Assembly (NCBI GenBank): GCA_043827405.1
Contig: JBDRPD010000006.1
Coordinates: 1 to 10,265 of the forward strand
Length of the DNA: 10,265 nucleotides
Reading direction: 5' to 3'
DNA from: Elusimicrobiota bacterium
GTDB lineage: Bacteria; Elusimicrobiota; Elusimicrobia; UBA1565
The translations under genes and the position numbers were made by a program. Position 1 is the first letter of the stretch. Every line of letters starts with the position of its first letter. The notes under the pieces are model-generated. The model did no database searches. It was given only the letters and a program-made list of their open reading frames with translations, and had not been told where the DNA came from. Below are positions 6,485 to 10,265 of the stretch, one piece after another.

Positions 6485-7461
6485 AAAAGGTTCTGGTCAC
6501 CGGCGCCGACGGCTTCATCGGCAGTCATCTCGTAGAAGAGCTCGTCCGGCGCGGACAGAAAGTGCGGGCACTGGCGCTCTACAACAGCCACGGCCACTGG
6601 GGACACCTGGAAAAGCTGCCGGCGCAGACCTTGCGCCGGATCGAGATCGTCGCCGGCAACATCACCGATCCCTACTACGTCGACGAGATCGTGCGCGGCA
6701 CCGAGACCGTCTACCACCTCGCGGCGCTGATCGCGATCCCCTTCTCCTACACCGCGCCCGAGCTTTACGTCAGCACCAACATGCAGGGGACGGTCAACGT
6801 CCTGCAGGCCTGCCGCCGGCACAAAGTCCGGCGGCTGATCCATACCTCCACCAGCGAGGTCTACGGCACCGCCCGCTACACCCCGATCGACGAGGAGCAC
6901 CCGCTGCAGGGCCAATCGCCGTATTCGGCATCGAAGATCGGCGCCGATAAGATGGCGGAGAGCTTCCACCGCTCCTACGGCCTGCCGGTCACCATCGCCC
7001 GGCCTTTCAACACGTACGGACCGCGGCAGTCCGCGCGTGCGGTCATCCCCACCATTATCACCCAGGTGCTCGCGGGAAAGACGGACATCCGGCTCGGCGA
7101 TACGCGCCCCGTACGCGATTTCAACTACGTTCAGGACACCGTGGAGGGCTTTATCGCTCTCGCCAAGTCCAAACGCACCATCGGCGAAGTCGTCAACCTC
7201 GGCTCGGGCAGGGGCGTATCGATCGCGCAGCTGCTCCGCGTGCTGGAGCGCATAACCCGGCGCAAGATTCACATTCGCCTTGACTCAAAACGGCTGCGTC
7301 CCGCGAAAAGCGAGGTTTTTAAGCTCATCGCCTCGCGGGCGAAAGCCGCGCGCCTGGCCGGCTGGAAGCCGCGCTTTACCCTCGAGGAAGGGCTGCGCCG
7401 CACCACCGATTACCTGCGCGGCCATCTCGGAGAATACAAGCCCGGGATCTACAACGTCTAA
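6481..7461 (+). CDS. NAD-dependent nucleotide-sugar 4,6-dehydratase, LegB-like extended SDR
   Basis: 326 aa; VLVTGADGFIGSHL, YNS, HLAALIAIPFSY.AP, HTSTSEVYGTA, QGQSPYSASKIGAD (YxxxK), RPFNTYGPRQSARAVIPTIITQ, RLRPAKSEV and a C-terminal YNV. These match my recollection of the LegB-type subfamily. Confidence 0.88.
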   Translation: MKKVLVTGADGFIGSHLVEELVRRGQKVRALALYNSHGHWGHLEKLPAQTLRRIEIVAGNITDPYYVDEIVRGTETVYHLAALIAIPFSYTAPELYVSTNMQGTVNVLQACRRHKVRRLIHTSTSEVYGTARYTPIDEEHPLQGQSPYSASKIGADKMAESFHRSYGLPVTIARPFNTYGPRQSARAVIPTIITQVLAGKTDIRLGDTRPVRDFNYVQDTVEGFIALAKSKRTIGEVVNLGSGRGVSIAQLLRVLERITRRKIHIRLDSKRLRPAKSEVFKLIASRAKAARLAGWKPRFTLEEGLRRTTDYLRGHLGEYKPGIYNV

Positions 7462-8174
7462 TGCAAGCGATTATACTGGCAGGAGGCAAAGGAACACGGC
7501 TGCGGCCCTTCACCATCTCACTGCCCAAACCTCTCGTGCCGCTGGGAGAATACCCGATCATCGAGATCCTGCTCCGCCAGCTCTCGCGGCAGGGTTTCCG
7601 GGACGTCGTGATATCGACCGGCCACCTGGCGGGGCTCATCGAGGCCTACTGCGGCAACGGCAAAAAATGGAAGCTCCGCATTCGCTACTCCCGCGAGGAC
7701 AAGCCGCTCAACACCGCCGGCTGCCTGGGGATGATCCGCGGGCTCAAGCCCCATTTTCTTGTCGTCAACGGCGACATTCTCACCGACCTGAGCTTCGCCC
7801 AACTGTATCGCCAGCACCTTAAGCAGCGGAGCTGGGCCACCGTGGGGGTGGTGCCGCGGGAATCCGAAGTTGATTACGGCGTCATTGAGCTGGGACCAGG
7901 CTCCACCCTCGCCAAGTACATCGAAAAACCGCGGCTGCCGTATCTCGTCAGCATGGGAGTCAACGTATTCGACCGCCGCGCCGTCAAGCTCATCAAGAAG
8001 GGCGAATCCATCGGCATCCCCGATTTCATTCTCCGCTTGAAAGCCGGCGGCAAGAAAGTCTACTGCCGGCGCAGCGCGGTCCGCTGGCTCGATATCGGCC
8101 GCCCGGACGACTACCAAACGGCTCAGGACCTCTTCGAGCGGGACTCCAAGAGCTTCCTGCATGCCAAGCCCTAA
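7461..8174 (+). CDS. Sugar-1-phosphate nucleotidyltransferase (NTP_transferase family; probably a guanylyltransferase, PtmE-like without CBS domains)
   Basis: 237 aa; ILAGGKGTRLRPFT..LPKPL, REDKPLNTAG, VVNGDILTDL, YGVI, EKP and WLDIGRPDDY. Nucleotide specificity is an inference. Confidence 0.88.
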   Translation: MQAIILAGGKGTRLRPFTISLPKPLVPLGEYPIIEILLRQLSRQGFRDVVISTGHLAGLIEAYCGNGKKWKLRIRYSREDKPLNTAGCLGMIRGLKPHFLVVNGDILTDLSFAQLYRQHLKQRSWATVGVVPRESEVDYGVIELGPGSTLAKYIEKPRLPYLVSMGVNVFDRRAVKLIKKGESIGIPDFILRLKAGGKKVYCRRSAVRWLDIGRPDDYQTAQDLFERDSKSFLHAKP

Positions 8175-9096
8175 ATCCATCCTGGTCCTCGGCCACGGCG
8201 GCTTCATCGGCGGCCGCCTCGGCGCGCGCCTGCGCCGGGACTACCCCAAGTCGCGTCTCTATGGCTGCGACGTCCGCGTCCGACGCGCCGCGCATATGAC
8301 GGAAGCCTATCGCTGCGACCTGCGCGACACCAAGCGCCTCGCCGCCATCCTGCGCCGGACCCGCCCCGACTGGGTATTCCATCTGGCGGGCGCCCCGTCC
8401 GGCAAAGACCTGGCCGGCATGCTGGACAGCCACGTGCTGGCGACGCTGTCGCTGCTGGAAGCCGCGGCCGCCGGAAAGCGTTCGCCGCGGATCATCCTCC
8501 CGGGCTCGGCGGCGGAATACGGCATCCTCAAGCCCGCGCAAATGCCGGTCCGGGAAAGCGCGCCGGCGCATCCCGCCACGGCCTACGGCCTCGCGAAACT
8601 GCTGCAGACGGAGCTGGCGCAGACCTATATGCGGCGGGGTCTCGACGTCGTCGTTGCGCGCATGTTCAACGTTCTCGGCGCCGGGCTGGACCGGCGCCTG
8701 GCGCTGTCCTCTTTCGTCGATCAGGTCGTCCGCATCGAGCGCGGCCGCCGGCCGCCGGTACTGCAGGTCGGCGACCTGACCGCCAAACGGGACTTCGTTG
8801 ATATCGACGAAGCCGTCGCCGCGCTGATACGCATCGCCCGGCGCGGCCGCGCCGGACACGCCTATAATGTCTGCTCCGGCAAGTCCTATCCCATGCAGGC
8901 ATTGGTCGATGAGCTGCTGCGGCTCGCCCGCCGTCCCATCCGCCTGCGGCGCACGCGCGCGCGCCTGCGTCCCGTCGATCTGCCCGACATGCGCGGGAGC
9001 ACCCGCAAGACCGCCCGCGAGACCGGCTGGCGGGCGCGCCGCACCCCTTTCGCCTGTCTGCGCGAGATGCTTGAGGAAAGGCGCCGCGAGAAATGA
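8161..9096 (+). CDS. Extended SDR NAD(P)-dependent epimerase/reductase, GDP-4-keto-6-deoxyhexose reductase (Rmd)-like
   Basis: 311 aa; GHGGFIG, RPDWVFHLAG, GSAAEYG, YGLAK (YxxxK), ARMFNVLG, VGDLTAKRDFVD and YNVCSGK. Confidence 0.82.
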   Translation: MPSPKSILVLGHGGFIGGRLGARLRRDYPKSRLYGCDVRVRRAAHMTEAYRCDLRDTKRLAAILRRTRPDWVFHLAGAPSGKDLAGMLDSHVLATLSLLEAAAAGKRSPRIILPGSAAEYGILKPAQMPVRESAPAHPATAYGLAKLLQTELAQTYMRRGLDVVVARMFNVLGAGLDRRLALSSFVDQVVRIERGRRPPVLQVGDLTAKRDFVDIDEAVAALIRIARRGRAGHAYNVCSGKSYPMQALVDELLRLARRPIRLRRTRARLRPVDLPDMRGSTRKTARETGWRARRTPFACLREMLEERRREK

Positions 9097-9923
9097 CGAT
9101 CACCGCCGTCATTTCCACCAAAGACCGGCTAGCCTCTCTCGGCCGCTGCCTGGCGTCGCTGCGCCGGCAGACGCGCGTACCCGACGAGCTTGTCGTCGTC
9201 GACGCGGACTCCGACCCGAAAGTTGAAGCGCTGGTGCGCGCGCAGCAGGACAGTTTTCCCGCGGTCGGCTACCACGCCCTGCCCTCCAGCCTCACCCAGG
9301 CGCGCAATCACGCGATCCGCAGCTCACAAGGCGATATCATCGTCTTCATCGACGACGACCTCGTCCTCGAGCCCGATTTTATCCGCGAGCTCGCGCGGCC
9401 CCTCGAAGCGAATCCGAAAATCGCCGGCTGCACCGGCAATATAACGGATCATCCGCGGGAACGCAAAGGCTTCAACCGGGCGCTCAAGTACTTCTTCCAG
9501 CTGCCCTACGACGGCGACGGCCGCTTCCGCCTCTCCGGCGCGCCGACGACCACCTGCGGCCTCGCCGGCGACCGCGAGGTCGAGTTCGTGCCGGGAGGGC
9601 TCACCGCCTGGCGGCGCGAGGTCTTCGCCGAGTTTCTGTTCGATGAGAACCTCCCGGGGCTCGGCGTCAACGAAGATGTCGATTTTTCCTACCGCGTCTC
9701 CCGTAAATGGAAAAACTACTATGCGGCGAACGCGCGCACCGCGCATGAACGCCCGCATCCAGAACGCGAGGGAACGCTGCGCTATCTGCGCGCCGAGCTG
9801 GCGAGCTACTGGTATTTGTTTTTGAAAAACCAGCCCAAGACGCCCCTGCATATCACGGCATTCGTGTGGCATGACGCCGGAGTCGTGGTCCGCTTCCTGT
9901 TCCGGCGCTGGCTGCGGACATGA
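9093..9923 (+). CDS. Glycosyltransferase family 2 (GT-A fold)
   Basis: 276 aa; VISTKDR...L..CLASL..QT, VVVDAD, ARN.AI, FIDDD (DxD), FDE and EDVDFSYR, with a hydrophobic/basic C-terminal tail. Confidence 0.92.
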   Translation: MTITAVISTKDRLASLGRCLASLRRQTRVPDELVVVDADSDPKVEALVRAQQDSFPAVGYHALPSSLTQARNHAIRSSQGDIIVFIDDDLVLEPDFIRELARPLEANPKIAGCTGNITDHPRERKGFNRALKYFFQLPYDGDGRFRLSGAPTTTCGLAGDREVEFVPGGLTAWRREVFAEFLFDENLPGLGVNEDVDFSYRVSRKWKNYYAANARTAHERPHPEREGTLRYLRAELASYWYLFLKNQPKTPLHITAFVWHDAGVVVRFLFRRWLRT

Positions 9924-10265
9924 CCGCCAAAGGGAAAGACGACCTCCGGGGACGCCAGGTCGTATTCCTGGCCAGCATCGATTGGGACGCCGCCTGGCAG
10001 CGCCACCAGGTCCTCGCATCCTGCTTCGCCAGAAACGGCTGCGAGGTCTTCTTCGTCGAAAATACGGGCTTTCGCGATTTCCAGTTCGCGGACGCCGGGC
10101 GCATAACGCACCGCCTGCTCAGCGCCCTTCTCGGCGCCAAGGCATCAAGGCACATGCACCATATCCCGCGCGGCCTGCGCCTAATTTCACCGCTGGTCCT
10201 GCCGCCGACGCACAGCCTCTTCCGGCTGGCGAACCGCTACTGGTTTCTGCCCCGGCTCGTGCGCG
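9920..10265 (+). CDS. 3'-partial glycosyltransferase, probable GT4 TuaH-like (N-terminus)
   Basis: Absent from the ORF track because it has no stop in the window. Manual translation from ATG9920 (ATGA overlap): MTAKGKDDLRGRQVVFLASIDWDAAWQRHQVLASCFARNGCEVFFVENTGFRDFQFADAGRITHRLLSALLGAKASRHMHHIPRGLRLISPLVLPPTHSLFRLANRYWFLPRLVR. The DW...WQRHQ.LA......V.FVE pattern is typical of TuaH-like GT-B enzymes. Confidence 0.8.
   Translation, partial: MTAKGKDDLRGRQVVFLASIDWDAAWQRHQVLASCFARNGCEVFFVENTGFRDFQFADAGRITHRLLSALLGAKASRHMHHIPRGLRLISPLVLPPTHSLFRLANRYWFLPRLVR

Larger units (their letters stand above)
1..10265 (+). other. Interior of a surface polysaccharide / glycan biosynthesis operon
   Basis: 12 co-directional genes with all 11 junctions overlapping; nucleotide-sugar enzymes plus glycosyltransferases. 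Confidence 0.9.

Noticed and set aside
6481..8174. Calling a complete legionaminic acid pathway
   Set aside because: No aminotransferase, acetyltransferase, hydrolysing 2-epimerase, NeuB-type synthase or NeuA-type CMP-transferase is present in the window.
1963..10019. Long minus-strand ORFs (e.g. 1963-2634, 2697-3467, 3468-4319, 3841-4638, 6256-7272, 7518-8207, 8026-8859, 9324-10019)
   Set aside because: Antisense shadows of well-supported + strand genes, expected from stop-codon scarcity at high GC; no recognisable motifs.
1..10265. CRISPR arrays, tandem repeats, IS ends, tRNA/ncRNA, terminators, JUMPStart/ops, phase-variable homopolymer tracts
   Set aside because: None seen. There is no intergenic space, short GC palindromes are expected by chance, and homopolymers reach only about 6-7 nt (e.g. 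the T-run near 992-998) within intact frames.

Overview
High-GC bacterial window fully occupied by one + strand operon of 12 overlapping genes; the first and last run off the window edges. It is the interior of a surface-glycan (O-antigen/capsule/glycosylation) biosynthesis locus. Gene order: orphan GT-B-like protein (5' partial), divergent KdsB-like cytidylyltransferase, HpcH/HpaI class II pyruvate aldolase, Gfo/Idh/MocA oxidoreductase, SerA-like D-2-hydroxyacid dehydrogenase, inositol-monophosphatase-family phosphatase, KdsD/KpsF-like isomerase, LegB-like 4,6-dehydratase, sugar-1-P nucleotidyltransferase, Rmd-like SDR reductase, GT2, and a TuaH-like GT4 (3' partial). The most notable element is the 1226-6484 module. 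It has the first (KdsD) and last (KdsB) steps of a Kdo-type pathway, but where KdsA and KdsC would be expected there are a pyruvate-type aldolase, an IMPase and two dehydrogenases, and the KdsB sugar-side motifs are rewritten. This suggests (inference) an uncharacterised route to a non-Kdo CMP-ulosonic acid. No RNA genes, mobile elements, CRISPR arrays, repeats or terminators were seen. All family calls come from motif recognition and recalled consensus sequences, not database searches.
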